Source of the DNA: Toensbergia leucococca
Taxonomy: Eukaryota
Assembly (NCBI GenBank): GCA_022813965.1
Contig: JALDZS010000181.1
Span: 1-47,085 of the forward strand
Direction: 5' to 3'
DNA: 47,085 bases
Below, in pieces: positions 25,000 to 37,546 of the stretch (within the stretch, counting starts at the first letter, position 1; the number at the start of each line of letters is the position of its first letter). The translations under genes were made by a program, and so were the position numbers. A model generated the notes under the pieces. It did not search any database, was not told the origin of the DNA, and was given only the letters and a program-made list of their open reading frames with translations.

Positions 25000-27072
25000 T
25001 TACGAGGCTGTCTTTGCCTTCTTTTTTGGTCGCTCGTCTGCTGGAGGATCTGAGTCTCCAGCAGCATCCGCATCCCCATCCGCCATTTCCTCGTCCGAAC
25101 CTCCGCTACTCTCATGCGCCGAGTCGTACTCCTCGGCCACGTCCGAATCCGAATCCGCTTGGAAATCCTCGTCAACGCTCTCCTCATCTTCGTCTGCCGA
25201 TCCACGATCTGCGCGCGCAGCAACGACTTCTTCCTCCGATGAAGCCATGTCTTCATCTTTGAGAGCAGCCGCGATAAGGGCACTTGACTTGGAGATCGTT
25301 AGCATAGCTGGGACAGAATCTGGGTTTCACCCACATCGTCTAGCATTTCGTTCTTTGTCTTCAGCCCTTTTATTTTAAAGAACTCTTCCAGCGGTTGTTG
25401 CTCCTCACTGTAGGTTATCTCATGTAAGCAGTCTCTCATGAATAGGGGTAAGTGATTTTACCGATTGATATTGCTGAATTGATGCTCACCGGATCCTCCT
25501 TTGAGCGTGATCGTTATATCGAAAGTCCGGCTTGCTGAGATGGCACCTCCAACTCTTGACATGACAACGACTGCAATATTGTCGAACGAGATGTATGTAG
25601 CAGGCTTTGGTACGAACATGAAGCTCTTGTCCAAGCAGAACAAATGCCCTTCATTAGCTTTGATACTGCACTTGACTCCAGATTGCTGATGATGGCTTTG
25701 ACTGTCAGCAAATACTTGGATCAAGTATGCTTGAGTGCCGAGGAGCAGGGAATGGTCTTGTGTCACTCAAAGCTAAGAGACGGATTCTGATCGTACCTGA
25801 CAAAGTCCTTGGAAGGCGTGACAACCTTCTTTCCAGCTAAACCTCGAAATACTTGAGCCATAACTGAATGCTGCGGTTGCTCGTAATGAGGCAATAATTT
25901 GCCCTTGTACTTCTCCTCTAATAGCTCTCTAAAGGCCGTCAGCATGCTTTCGTATTCCATATCCCTTGAAACATCTTCAGCTTACTCAGTCATGTTTAGA
26001 TCGATAATAATCTCTTCTTCGCGCTTGAATTGCATCACCAAAAAAGGATATCTGGTCTGCCCCTGCCGCAGAGGAGGATCAAGGCCAATTGTAATGAGCG
26101 TATGAAGATCGTCAGGCTTAGGAAGGAGCATGAATTTTTTAATGGCCTCATATTGAATCTTATAGTCGTATGTCTTGCCCCGTAATCGAAAAGAATTTTC
26201 ATACATGTCGACATCAAACCGTCCTCTATAAGCAGATCAGTTTTCGTACATCAGAAGAGACAGACAGCGATGTGGTTTCTAACCTCGGTGTGAGATGTAG
26301 CACATCTAAGAATGTTGCAAAAGTATCGCCGGCAACCTCTCCAATCTCGGCCTTGTCCATTAGGGTATCATAGAATAGATTTGCTGCATTTTGTTCTTCG
26401 ACATCTGACCCGTCAACACTCTTGTCTTCTCCGTCCTCGTCTTTCTCCTTCCTTGTCGCAGTGCCCGGTATGTAGAACCTCATCTCCACCAACTGATCCC
26501 TCGCCGCACCAGCTTTACGCCCTTTACTTCGTGCACCGCCAAGATGTCCATTGGTACCAGTTTCGCTGCCCCCTGCCGGTAATGAGAATTCGACAGCTAC
26601 TTCATTCTTTCCAGCCAGATTTGTATTAGATATCTCCGAGTATGGGATTTCGAATGCTGGACGGTTCTGGACGTTGAATGCTAGCTCTGCCTTGCCAAAT
26701 TCACCTTTGCCCCAATTCCAGCCCCGTAGAGCATGTTCTTTACTTTCCAGGTTGATGCCATAAAACAGCTTGAACGCTTTGCTGACACGGTCAAGATCCT
26801 AGCGGAGTCAACGGGGCATGATTTTCTTCATTTCACAGTAGACTCACTTCTTGATCGAATCCGTCAAGCTGTATGACACCAGACGACCTGGAGAGAATTT
26901 TTAATTCAAAGCCTCGAGCTGCACGACTCCACTGCGCTCCGCCAACATTACTTCCGTCAAGTGTAAATGTATCACCTCCGCCAGACGGCTTCCAGCCCAA
27001 TCCGCTCTCGGCTATCCTGCATTTGCCTGGCTGCTTGGAGAGATCTAAATAAATGCCTTCGAAGGATTCCAT
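25000..27072 (-). CDS. pob3: FACT complex subunit Pob3/SSRP1 (~568 aa)
   Basis: Seven exons: 27072-26848, 26798-26284, 26225-25986, 25928-25797, 25695-25462, 25407-25335, 25287-25000. Motifs LRGWNWG, VEMRFYIP, LTPRGRFDVDM, LDPPLRQGQTRYP, VKCSIKANEG and an acidic tail. Confidence 0.97.
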
Positions 27073-29045
27073 CTTGACTGTGGAGAGAAAAAGAAAGAGA
27101 TGATTGGCTGCTGAAGAAGCAGATGTGAGGCTATCTACGGAGTAAGTATCCGTACCAAGATCTCTCTGACCGCGTTGAATATCAGGGCGACGCGGAAGTA
27201 AATTACGTGCAAACGGCGACGCATGTAGAATAGAATACGGATATTTTACTGTAATTTACAACCGTGTTAGAACGTCCCTCCACTAACAACTTCTGCAAAA
27301 TCGAGGGAATGATCACACCTCTACCAGCGACTACTCATTCTAATGCATAAGGTTCCTCGATACCATGACTTCGGACAACAATTGGAGTGATTTCGGATCT
27401 AGTTGATTCTTGTAGCACGATTTTCAACTTGAATATGTACTTGGTCTTTGGTAGATGAATCAGAATGGCTAGCCGCACTCGCCGAGTACGAAGAAACCAT
27501 GAACAAGCAAGACAAACCTCGTGGCGGCTTTGCCCTTGGAGACGCAAATTTCATGAAAGCTATGGGCAAAGACTGCTTAATCATGATCGTCGCTTCCGGT
27601 ACGCGAGCACTGCTGGAAAGTGCAGGACCACTTGCGACACTAAAGGAGCTTTTCCGCCGGAGAGGAAGAACATTGGCGGCATTACAACGACATCCTAGAT
27701 CGACTACATCCTGAAATACGCAGACTGGGGGCGACTTCTAAGTTCGAGTCTTTGCGGATTCATGCCTTTATATCTAGATAGCTAGTCTGGCTTTCAGTGT
27801 ACCTCGAAGACAACATGGCAGGCGTCTTCATTTCTTTTTCGTTCTCCGTCTCAAATCCTTCGTTTTCCCTACACCCAGTCTTCCCCTCCAGTTGCCGATC
27901 TCCTTGACTACTCATTCCCACTCTTCGTCATTCAATACTCTCAAAGCCGCTCCTCACCCCCCACAATCATAACAAGTCTTAATTGCTTCTGATACACTGA
28001 CACTGCTTCTCCTTTCATTGACACCCCACTCCCGCAGTACTACCCAAAATTGTCATTGTGTAGAGAAAAGTGACATTTACGGCACATGAGCCCTTGGTTC
28101 TCCGACAATTACTTCACCTCTGTTGCACACCAATTTGATTCGGTTCTCTTTTTCTCGTATTCGAGACTCTATATGGGTTCACTTCTTCTCCTCATTCCCT
28201 TTGCCCCATCCCACTTGGCTCATTTTCCCAATCCTTCTCGTTCACCCATTTCACCTTGTTCGCCTTCATGTCTTACTCGTTACCCACAACGCATTGATAC
28301 TCATAAAGTACCGCTGTAGATGGTTCTAAACTTATGGCCTCCGTGAGGTAGTGTACCTAGGGAAGCTTGACGGAAATTTATGTTGAAGAAATGAACTTAT
28401 CGAGGAAACGCGTTTCATCATGCAAGACTACGCTATGGTATTGCTACAGGATTTAAGGGGTGGTTCAATGTTATGAAAGGAGGTGTTGACAGCGATACTG
28501 TACCCTTTGAATGACGGACCGAAAGCCCCGGTTTCGCTTTGTTTCAATTTCTCCTACCAGCTGCTACTTTTAGAAAGCACAACAGGTACCTCTGGTGGAA
28601 TGCAATCGAGGTAACAGCTTGTTTGTTCGGAGCGCAAAATTGAGTCTGAAATCGCTGCTTTGTGCTATCCCACGAGGCAAAAGGGTTCCCATGATTGGTT
28701 CCATCCTCAGGAACTCCAAAGCTTCACCAAGATATGACAATATATTGCTTGAGTTGGAAATAAATAATTCTTTCTCAGCGCACTGGTTTTGCCAATCACG
28801 TCCGGAAATATCAAAACCCAGTCTGAGCTAAGTAAGAAATTTGGACGAAAGAGGAAATTTAATTTTTCTTAATTGAGGATTCTATTTCCGACAACTGGAT
28901 ACTTTGACTACATCCATGATAGCACAGATGAGTGAGCACATCCCAAATAGAACGCCAATCCAGACTCCCGGCCAAATTCCCTCTGAAACGCCCTTCATAA
29001 CCCAATATTTTCACTTCTCACCATCTCACTCTCCACCCCATACCG

Positions 29046-30034
29046 TCACTCCCGGCTCGGACCCTGATAAGTCTCACTCCCCATACTAATATGATGCCTG
29101 AGCGGTAACTCCTTATTAACCTTCCGCATCGGCACATTACCCCCCAAGGTATCAAAAGCCAAAGTCCTCGGGGTGGAGGGGCTTTTCATGCCGCCGCTGG
29201 TGCCGGGCGTTCTTGGCAGATCCCATTTCTGCATGCTGAAAGATTGGGGCGATTCAGCGTCGGAGAGTTTGGAAGCGCGGGCAAGGCGCTGGGCTTTTGT
29301 AGGGATGAGAGAGAAGAGGGAGAGAGTGAAGTAGGTGAAGAAGAGGACGCTAGAGGGAGTGGAATGCTGTTAGTCTTATGTGATTGTGTTGGAGTGGATG
29401 GGAAGAGAGGGTTGTTGTACGTACAGTAGGCAGCACGTTACGGCAAAGGCACCTTGAGCTTGCTTGCAGTATCCTACTAGACTCGGTTTCACTGGCGCTC
29501 CGCAGCCTTTGGTGATGTACCACGGAGCACCAGGCTGCGGATGTAGAGGGTCACTCATATCAGACGCGGCTTGATTGTGGACGCTGACAGCGAAGAGAGC
29601 GATGAGGATAGCGTGAACGAAGCCGGAGAGGACCGGAGGAAAAGTGTGGGTGATGTACATGATTGACTTTACGAGGAGGATGAATGTTGAGAGAACAGCA
29701 ACGACGACGTTGTAATTGGTGACACTGATTTACGAGTTAGATTAGCTTGAATATGGCTGGGTTGGATTGGAAATAGAATATACAATTGACTCCACGGCAG
29801 AGGGACCTTGATGGGTCGATAGTTGGCATATGCGTAGAGGATCTCGTTCGGATTGCTGTTCCAGCCATGGTTCGAGCCTTCCTGCCAAAGGAGGTTGCGA
29901 TAGAGATCTGGCGATGCGATACCGAAAAGAGCGAGGGCAGCGATGGTGAAGGGAATTTCAATGACGAAGAGGATTAATATGGTTATCGGGGTGCGCCATT
30001 CCTGGAAGAGAAAGGGGAATGAGGGGATCCTCAT
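29046..30034 (-). CDS. Four-TM (MARVEL-like) membrane protein (~284 aa)
   Basis: Exons 30034-29784, 29724-29425, 29349-29046. Four hydrophobic helices; loop motifs PDLYRNLLWQEG..GWNSNP, DMSDP..PWYITKGC; tail SPSTPRTLAF. Confidence 0.78.
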
Positions 30035-31513
30035 GGTGGAGGTTGTGAGATCACTATTGAGATCTGACGAGGGTAAATGCTGTCATACAAGAGGTAGAAA
30101 GCGAAAGATGTCTGTAGTAGTCAGGTCTTTTGACAAGTTGGGAATGCGATGGTAAGGAGATGTGATACAAGGACAGTAATCGTTCGTAGTGGAGTTCGTT
30201 CGGCCTGGTCGGCGATGGGCCATGACTGATTAGAATATTCCGACTGCGGGACATTTAGCACCAGCGAGTCCCAGGCCAATGAGGGCGCTGGAGCTACACC
30301 GTAAGCGCCCAGCTTTCCTCATGGTGGCGCCTAAGAAGGTGGAAGGGTGGTGGACAGGGATGAATGGTGTGGAGGGACGGAACATTTCAATTGGCTCGAG
30401 AGAAAGGAAGCTAGAATAAGTTCAACGTGACCGAGGACTCTCCTCCACCACCACACTGTCAGAGTAGGGCCGCAACCCTAAATTGTCAATTGCAGTGCTA
30501 TTCACCCAAATATATCAAAAGTCCTTTCTGAGTCTTCAACTAATTCTGCACATAGCCATAACAGATTCCTTGACGTTGATACCGTCATCATCGCATTGGA
30601 CTGCTGTTTTCATTAACTTGTATTGCATTACTTCCATCAAAGTTAACTGCGTCCTCTTTACCCTGTTGCTCGGGACTCATTTTGGCCACTGAGGCCTCAA
30701 AGATTGACGAGAATTCTGAAGCACAAATTCACTAACACCTTACTATAGATGCTTCGTGCCAATGTAAGGGCGTGTTGAAAGCAACTTAACGGAAAAGAGA
30801 AGCATTCAACGGACAAGGGGTCCAATATGACGGTACGGTCATCTTCAACGGTGAGAATAATAGTGAGATTGTGGAGGGAGATCGCAGAGAACGATGAAGA
30901 AAGCAAGGTGGACTGAAAATTAGCCCCATATTCTATTTGGTTGCAGAGCTCTGGTGGACGCAATAACGGCGAATCTTGGGCCGGAGCAATGTGAGTGAGA
31001 ATTAATTATGTTACCACTACATCTTCTGAAGATAAGGGAGGAACTGAAAGGGTGTATATTGGAATTGAACCCAGACAGAGAAGTGATTCTGTAATTGTAG
31101 CTGCTAGAAATCTAATTCCTCGAGTAGCTAAATCAGAATGGTGGTTGCCCTCGGCTACCACTATTGACGCTAGTCAACTATCCTGAAGTGCCTGGAGTGC
31201 CAGCGCAGCTAAGCTTCCCGGATTTGGGGTTGAATCATCAAATCAAGATATCCAAACAATACTTTTTCTCGCATAGAGAAGCTGTTTTTGACCTCGAGGA
31301 AAGCTGAAGCGGCGTTGCTCGTTGACTTAGATACATACAAGCAAAAGTCCTTCGCATTCGTTTTCACCCGAATTTTCTGCATACGCAACCCAAGACTGAT
31401 CATTCTCCCTACTAGCTATTCAGCATCTCTTTTTCTACCAGAGCTGTCGCATGGGAAGTCAAAAGGGACCGGGGATCTAATCATCTCCATATCCACCCAT
31501 TGCAAATCTCAAT

Positions 31514-33996
31514 ATGTCCGACTCTCCACAATTGGCTCCGGCTGGAAGCAGCACCTATTCTTCAGATACGATGTTTGTTGGAGACGGCACTTGGGATACT
31601 GAACGCAACACATTCTTACTCCCAAATTTGGTAGGGCTAAATTTCAAGACCATGCAATACAATGGTGAGCAACATCCCCTTGGAGATGTCTTACCCCAGG
31701 CTTCTCAGACTAATGGCCGTAGGCATGGGAAATCGCTTCCGAGAACTTCCTCAGTATCATACGCTAATTCGCGGCCATGGCATCGTTGCCGCGATCACTT
31801 TCCTTCTAATCGTCCCGTCTGCAATTCTTACTGTGCGCTTCTACGGTCGAAACCCTCGTTGGGCAGTAAGACTACACATTTGGCTACAGATCTTGACCGT
31901 CTTGTTGACAACAGTCATCTTCACCTTGGGATGGTTTGCTGTGGGCCCCGAGAGAAGCTTGACAAATCCTCATCATGGAATCGGATTGGCAATTTATATT
32001 ATGGTATTGCTGCAAGCTATCGATGGATGGTGGGTTCACAAAAGAGAAAAAGCGCATAGAAGTTTGTACAGGCCAGTCAAAGTCATGGTAAATCACGCAT
32101 TCTCTGACCAACATGTGTTCGGTGTTGATACTTGTCTAGATCCATCATTGGTTTGGTCGGATGATCGCACTCTTGGGGCTTGCTCAGATTCCTCTTGGAC
32201 TTACCCTTTATGGATCCCCAAGATCTCTATTCATACTATATGCACTAGCTGTGTTCGCTCTATTTGTAATCTACTTCATCCTACAACATAAGCAGGATCG
32301 CAACGCCGGTAGCGATTACGATAGTCGATACAGTTACGGGAGTGGGAGCATGGTGGAAGAGCAACGCCGTCATAGTGGGCTTGGTAACTTGGCTAAATTC
32401 GGAGCGGCTGGAATAGGCCTAGCAGCGCTGTCGAATCGTTTTCGGAACCGATCAAGGAATCCTCCAAGCCAACCAGAAGTAATTGGTTCTCGGAGGCATT
32501 CCGGTTCTTACGTTTCGGAAGAGAAATATTCGCAGTATGGACGTGATCCAGGTCGAGAAGGGGGATGGACTGATCGACTCCTGAAAATTGGTGCAGTGGC
32601 AGGGGCTGTAGCATTGGCGAGAAGCTTCTTCAACCGGAGACGAAATCGAGATCAAGATAGTGATGACGGAGAGTATGGTCCGCCTCTGGGTGGAGCTACT
32701 AATATTACCGGTAACAGCTTGGAGCGAGTTGAAGAAGGCCGACCTTTGCCAAGTAATCAGCACCCTCTTAACCAGCCTCTAAATCATCGACGGAGCACTA
32801 GCTCGGTTTCTTATGATAGCTATATGAGCGCCAGTGGACCTGATCGACATGGCCATGGCGTCCGAGATACGGTTGCCGGTCTTGGAGCTGCAGGCCTTGT
32901 CGGCAACATATTCAAGAACTGGCGCCAAGGTAGGGAACAAAAGCGAGTCGAGGCAGTGCGACGCAAAGAGCTCGAAAATGAGCGTATAGCTCGTGCGAAC
33001 AGCAACCGATATACCGGCGGCGGCGCGGGCTTTCCACAGCGTGGCGGCCGACGAGGTTCATTAACTGCGAGTCATGATTATTCTAGCTCGTCAGACAATG
33101 GTCCCCGATACGATCATGGCGCCCCTCCTCCACTTCCTGCCGGCGCCATTCCTACCGGAGCTGCTGTTGGCGTAGCGGGTGCAACTCTTGCAGATCATGA
33201 CCGTAATAGAGCTAGACAGCAACATAATCCAGGCACTGATCAACCTGTCATGTCTGGTGCCATACCTGGCGGACCTCTCACTATGCCACCCGTACCACAG
33301 GATCCACGAGGTATTCTCCACCACGACTCTTCCGGTTCAGAAGCATACCTGTCAGCTGGAGGTCGAAATCATCGCCGCCACCACAACAACCGTGATGCCA
33401 TTGCTGCTGGGCTTGCGGGAGGAGCTGCTGGGCTTGCAGCTGGCGAAGCGCTATCTAATCGTCGAGATCGCCGCCATAGCGCCAGTGGGGGCGAAGGCAG
33501 TGTAGCGTCTCCGGCAACTCCGGTCAGCGTCAAGGTCAAGATGCATAGCGATGGTCGCCACGTTACCCTCAGACGCCTACCAGAGGAAGAAGCCGCCGCG
33601 GAACGTGAAGCACGCCGGCGATCCAAAGACCGACACGGCCGAAACCGCAGAGGCGGCAGCGTCAGCTCTCTAGGCGGCGCAGACAGCAGCGGGGAACGCT
33701 GGCGCCGTACCGAAAACCTTGAACAGCAACAGGCCGAAGCAATGAGACGGGAAAGTGAAGCATTGGCTGCGGCCAGGAATCAAACCCTCCCGGTGCCGTT
33801 GCCGCCCCCGCCTCCCATCCCCGGAAGCTCGGCCGGATTACCGTTGGTTGCTGGGAGCGTGAGTAGCCCTGGTACGTATGAGGGGACGGAGGCGAGTGCA
33901 GATTATGCGAATAATCGGCGGAGGAGGAGGGCGGAAAGGGCGCAGGCAAAGCAAGCTAGGGAGGCGAGGGGCGGGCAGAGGGTCGAGTTCACATAG
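31514..33996 (+). CDS. Cytochrome b561-domain membrane protein with long low-complexity C-terminus (~790 aa)
   Basis: Exons 31514-31664, 31723-32087, 32140-33996. Candidate heme-ligand His residues in RGHGI, RLHIWLQ, NPHHGIG and IHHWFGR within transmembrane helices. Confidence 0.85.
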
Positions 33997-34364
33997 GTGA
34001 ATTGATGTGCGGAGAGAGATTTGATGCATGACCTAGCGTGGCGTACTATGGAGGCTTTGGATATTGCTGGTTTTGTGAGATGTGTACATTTGTACTCTAG
34101 AGTTGCTCCAGGATCTGGCAGGGTTTCTAGCATAGCAGCGGCGGTTGACAGCCCCAAAATGATCTGACAGTTCAATACCATGGGCAATAGTCCCCCGATT
34201 CCAGATACGACTTTTTCGAAAAACCTTTGAGATGATGATTGCTTTGAATAGAAATAGAGTGTGATTGAGGATCTACCTATTCTTAGCCGTCCTGCAAGGC
34301 ATACGAGTAGCATGCACACAACAACAAAAGTAAGGTATCGTAGGACTAATTCAAGCACTGCTCA

Positions 34365-35522
34365 ATGCGGCTCAAATCCTGCAGGCTCTTACGCTTTGGG
34401 ACGATACTCCGTGCAAAGCCCAAGCCAATTGCCGGCCAAAGCATGACAGCCAGCTCGCGAGCATCCCAAAGCCATGAAGAACGGACCGCTCTCGAGTCGC
34501 GGCAAAACTCCATCCACGTCGTCACCCTCACCAAAATCTCCCAAGTCAACACCACAATCCGACTTCTGCAACTGAGTATTCCCAGCGGCAACCACATCAA
34601 GGCAAGTGCTCCTCCGCTCCGACCTTTTCCCAAGCATCCATCATGTGAGTAAAATGAGAAATCAACACACTGACCCAAACCATCTACAGTGCAGTTCCTC
34701 CCAGGCCAATGGCTAGACGTACACATCCGCGGTCTCGCTCAAGCCGGCGGCTTCACCATCACCTCCACGCCCCAAGCAGCCGAACCATCGCGCTCCCCGC
34801 ATACCGCCAAGAACGGCTACCTAGATCTCGCCATCCAGAAGTCGCCGCGGAACCCTCCAGCTGCATGGCTGTGGCAACCGGAGCCTGAGATTCTGGGCTC
34901 GGAACTCTTGGTTAAAGTGGGTGGGAGCTTTGTTTGGCCGCCTCCGGGGATTGATGTCCGGAGTGTCAAGAAGGTTGTTTTGGTTGCCGGGGGGGTGGGG
35001 ATCAAGTAAGGCTCATCCTCGCATCGAACTTAGTCGCTATTCATTGCCAGCTACTGACAAACACGGATTCACAGCCCCCTGATATCCATCATCTCACACC
35101 TCCATACCCATCCCTCCCTTTTCCCACCGTCGCTCCACTTCATCTACACTACTCGCTCACCTTCGCCTCCCAACACATCCTCCATCCTGTTCCTCTCCCG
35201 TCTCCGCTCAATATTCACTCCCTTTCCCTCTCCCATCAAGAACCTCAGTCTATACCTCACGGGCAAACCCTTTCCAATTCCGAATTCTCTCCATGAGGAT
35301 TGCAGTGATGATGACCACGATGCTATGGTAAGACAAGGCGTTGTCCGCCATCGACGAATTACACACGAGGATCTGCTGGACGCGATTGGACCGGTAGCGG
35401 AGAGGAGGGGCGTCGTTGTCTATGTGTGTGGACCGAGGATGATGACGGATGACTTTGTGGAGGTTCTGATGAGGGCTGAAGGCATGGAGGAGAAGAGGGT
35501 TCTCTGTGAAAAATGGTGGTAG
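34365..35522 (+). CDS. FAD/NAD-binding FNR-family oxidoreductase (OXNAD1-like, 331 or 347 aa)
   Basis: Exons 34365-34601 (or -34644), 34695 (or 34690)-35005, 35075-35522. Motifs FLPGQWLDV, AGGFTITSTP, LVAGGVGINPL, YVCGP and terminal EKWW. The N-terminus is basic and presequence-like. Confidence 0.88.
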
Positions 35523-35839
35523 TTGTCGTCATGTACAGCATAGCATAGAAACCGATACCTACCATGCCGATGGACTTGTAATTTCTTACCATGTCAATGC
35601 CACTCTCGAATGTCATCAGGCTTGGGACTTGCTGCCATCTGTGCCGTGAGCTGTACCAGCGGGAATTGTGCCACTCCAATTGGAGTTCTCGACCTTTTGC
35701 TGCGTGTCTATAGTAAACCACTAACCCCTATACCTTGTACATCCAAACAAATTCTACAGACTTCATAACCAGGTCAAGGCCACGTTCCCAAATAATCCTC
35801 GCCCTCTCCATGGCGTCTGACGAGGAAGATGAACCAAAA

Positions 35840-37546
35840 TCAAGTTACCCCATTTTCTCCGCGCATCTTCCTCTCCTGCTCTTTCTCCTCCCATAGGCAC
35901 CTATCACAAATACAAATCCCCCCCAAAGCCCCAACAGCCCATTCCCTTCGCCCCGAAACACCCAAATCAACATCGCAATAATGACTCAACACCTCCGCTC
36001 CCTTCGCAATCCCCCCCTTCCGCTGACCACGCCCCCCATCCTTTCCCCACCGAACAATCTCTCCCTCCTCCCTCGCGGAAAATCGAATCTCCCCTCCCCA
36101 CTCCCACTTCACATTTGGAGCGCAGCTGTGGTTCGCAAGACACCACATCGGGTGAACCGCACAGACTTCCGGCCTCCCATCCTTCATGCTCAGCCTCGCG
36201 CTCGCTGTGCCACGGAATTTGGCATACAGTGTGTTGACTACCCATGCGTCGCATCTATCCAAAGCGGTAAAGATATCTACATCCATCTTCTCAAGCATGT
36301 GCAACGGTGCGAGGATGTTGTCGTTGAAATTGAACGGGAGATGGCGCGCAGTGTTAAAGGCTGAAGTGGATGTAGAATGCAGATAAGTATTGTCCACGTG
36401 GATGAAGTCGCCCCAGATATATTTCGTCTCGGGTAGATCGAGGGGATGGATGCCTTGCGTTTGGGAAAGAGCCATTGCACGGCCGAGGAGAAGGAGGTAC
36501 AGCGCGTTTGCGGCGGCTTTGGGATCAGTGTCTTTGCCGATGACGTCGTAATCTGCTTTGCCGCAGATTGCGGGGTGGTAGAAAGAGATTGCTTTAGAGT
36601 AGCAGGTAGTACTGCAGAAGACGGTGTCATCGCAATTGGGGCAGGCTGGGTTGACATTGGAGGAGTCAGCAGGGAGCTCAGATGAGCAGGCGTCGCAAAG
36701 GGGATCGTGAAGGCGGTTATTGGCTGTCAGGATGCTGGACTCATGGAGGACGGCTTCACCGGGAGCAATGTCTTCTTTGGCGAAGATGCCGAGCTGAGTG
36801 ATGGTAGGAGAAATGCCGGCCGGGTTCGAGTATGTGTGGTCGTTGTCTTCACGCAGCAGGGGAAGCGACACAGCAAGGACTTCGCATTTGGGAGCGACCT
36901 TGTGCATTTCGCTATTGAGGAAGATAAGGCTGGAGTCTGAAAAGCGATCAGGCTCGTGGGTATTCCATGGGTACAGCTCCCGTCTTACGGAGCCCTGCTC
37001 CGTGAGATCTCTTCTAGGGTCGAAGTCGGAGGAGTCCCATGCCGAATCTCGATGTAGCTGGTTTTGGTAATGCGTCTGTCGAATTTGATCCCGGATTTCC
37101 TCGAGTCTTCGATTACGTGGAAAGGTTTGTAGGCCTCGACTACAAAAGTCATATGCGCTTCTTAGACATCCACATCTTGATAGCATGCTACCTAAAGTTT
37201 CAAAGCTTGCCAAAGCTAGACGTCGTGCTTCTTTCTCGGCGGCTAAGACATGGTCTGGATCAATATCTTTCTCGGAGACGTCGCCATTGATGCTACCAAG
37301 TCCACGATGGGCCTTGCTTGTAGCGTTCAGTATGGCTTCAAAAGCTTGTTCATGATACTCACCAGAGGCGTCGAGGACTTCGTCAGTCAGGAGGAGAGCT
37401 CTGTATGCGTCGCTAGCTGCAAGGTCAGGGAATCCAAGGTAGACATAGCAGGCTGCTCTGTCGTGATAGATTGCAGCGTTGTATGGGCTTTGATAGAGTA
37501 GCTGAGTGAGTGTCTGGCGCTCTTGCAGGGCAGAAGTCAAAGCCAT
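35840..37546 (-). CDS. SET and MYND domain (SMYD-like) lysine methyltransferase with TPR-like N-terminus (~568 aa)
   Basis: Single ORF. LGIFAKEDIAPGE, MYND-like CDAC..CPNC..FCSTTC..HPAIC, LANHSCAPN, SHY and post-SET CICDRC. Confidence 0.88.
   Translation of the reverse strand: MALTSALQERQTLTQLLYQSPYNAAIYHDRAACYVYLGFPDLAASDAYRALLLTDEVLDASGEYHEQAFEAILNATSKAHRGLGSINGDVSEKDIDPDHVLAAEKEARRLALASFETLGSMLSRCGCLRSAYDFCSRGLQTFPRNRRLEEIRDQIRQTHYQNQLHRDSAWDSSDFDPRRDLTEQGSVRRELYPWNTHEPDRFSDSSLIFLNSEMHKVAPKCEVLAVSLPLLREDNDHTYSNPAGISPTITQLGIFAKEDIAPGEAVLHESSILTANNRLHDPLCDACSSELPADSSNVNPACPNCDDTVFCSTTCYSKAISFYHPAICGKADYDVIGKDTDPKAAANALYLLLLGRAMALSQTQGIHPLDLPETKYIWGDFIHVDNTYLHSTSTSAFNTARHLPFNFNDNILAPLHMLEKMDVDIFTALDRCDAWVVNTLYAKFRGTASARLSMKDGRPEVCAVHPMWCLANHSCAPNVKWEWGGEIRFSAREEGEIVRWGKDGGRGQRKGGIAKGAEVLSHYCDVDLGVSGRREWAVGALGGICICDRCLWEEKEQERKMRGENGVT

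Noticed and set aside
27078..27155. Possible pob3 5'-UTR intron (GTACGG..CACAG)
   Set aside because: No convincing branch point, and the donor overlaps the recurrent TACGGA motif. Left uncalled.
30480..31400. Several 60-100 aa ORFs in the divergent intergenic region
   Set aside because: Mostly non-ATG starts, no coherent exon chain and no motifs.
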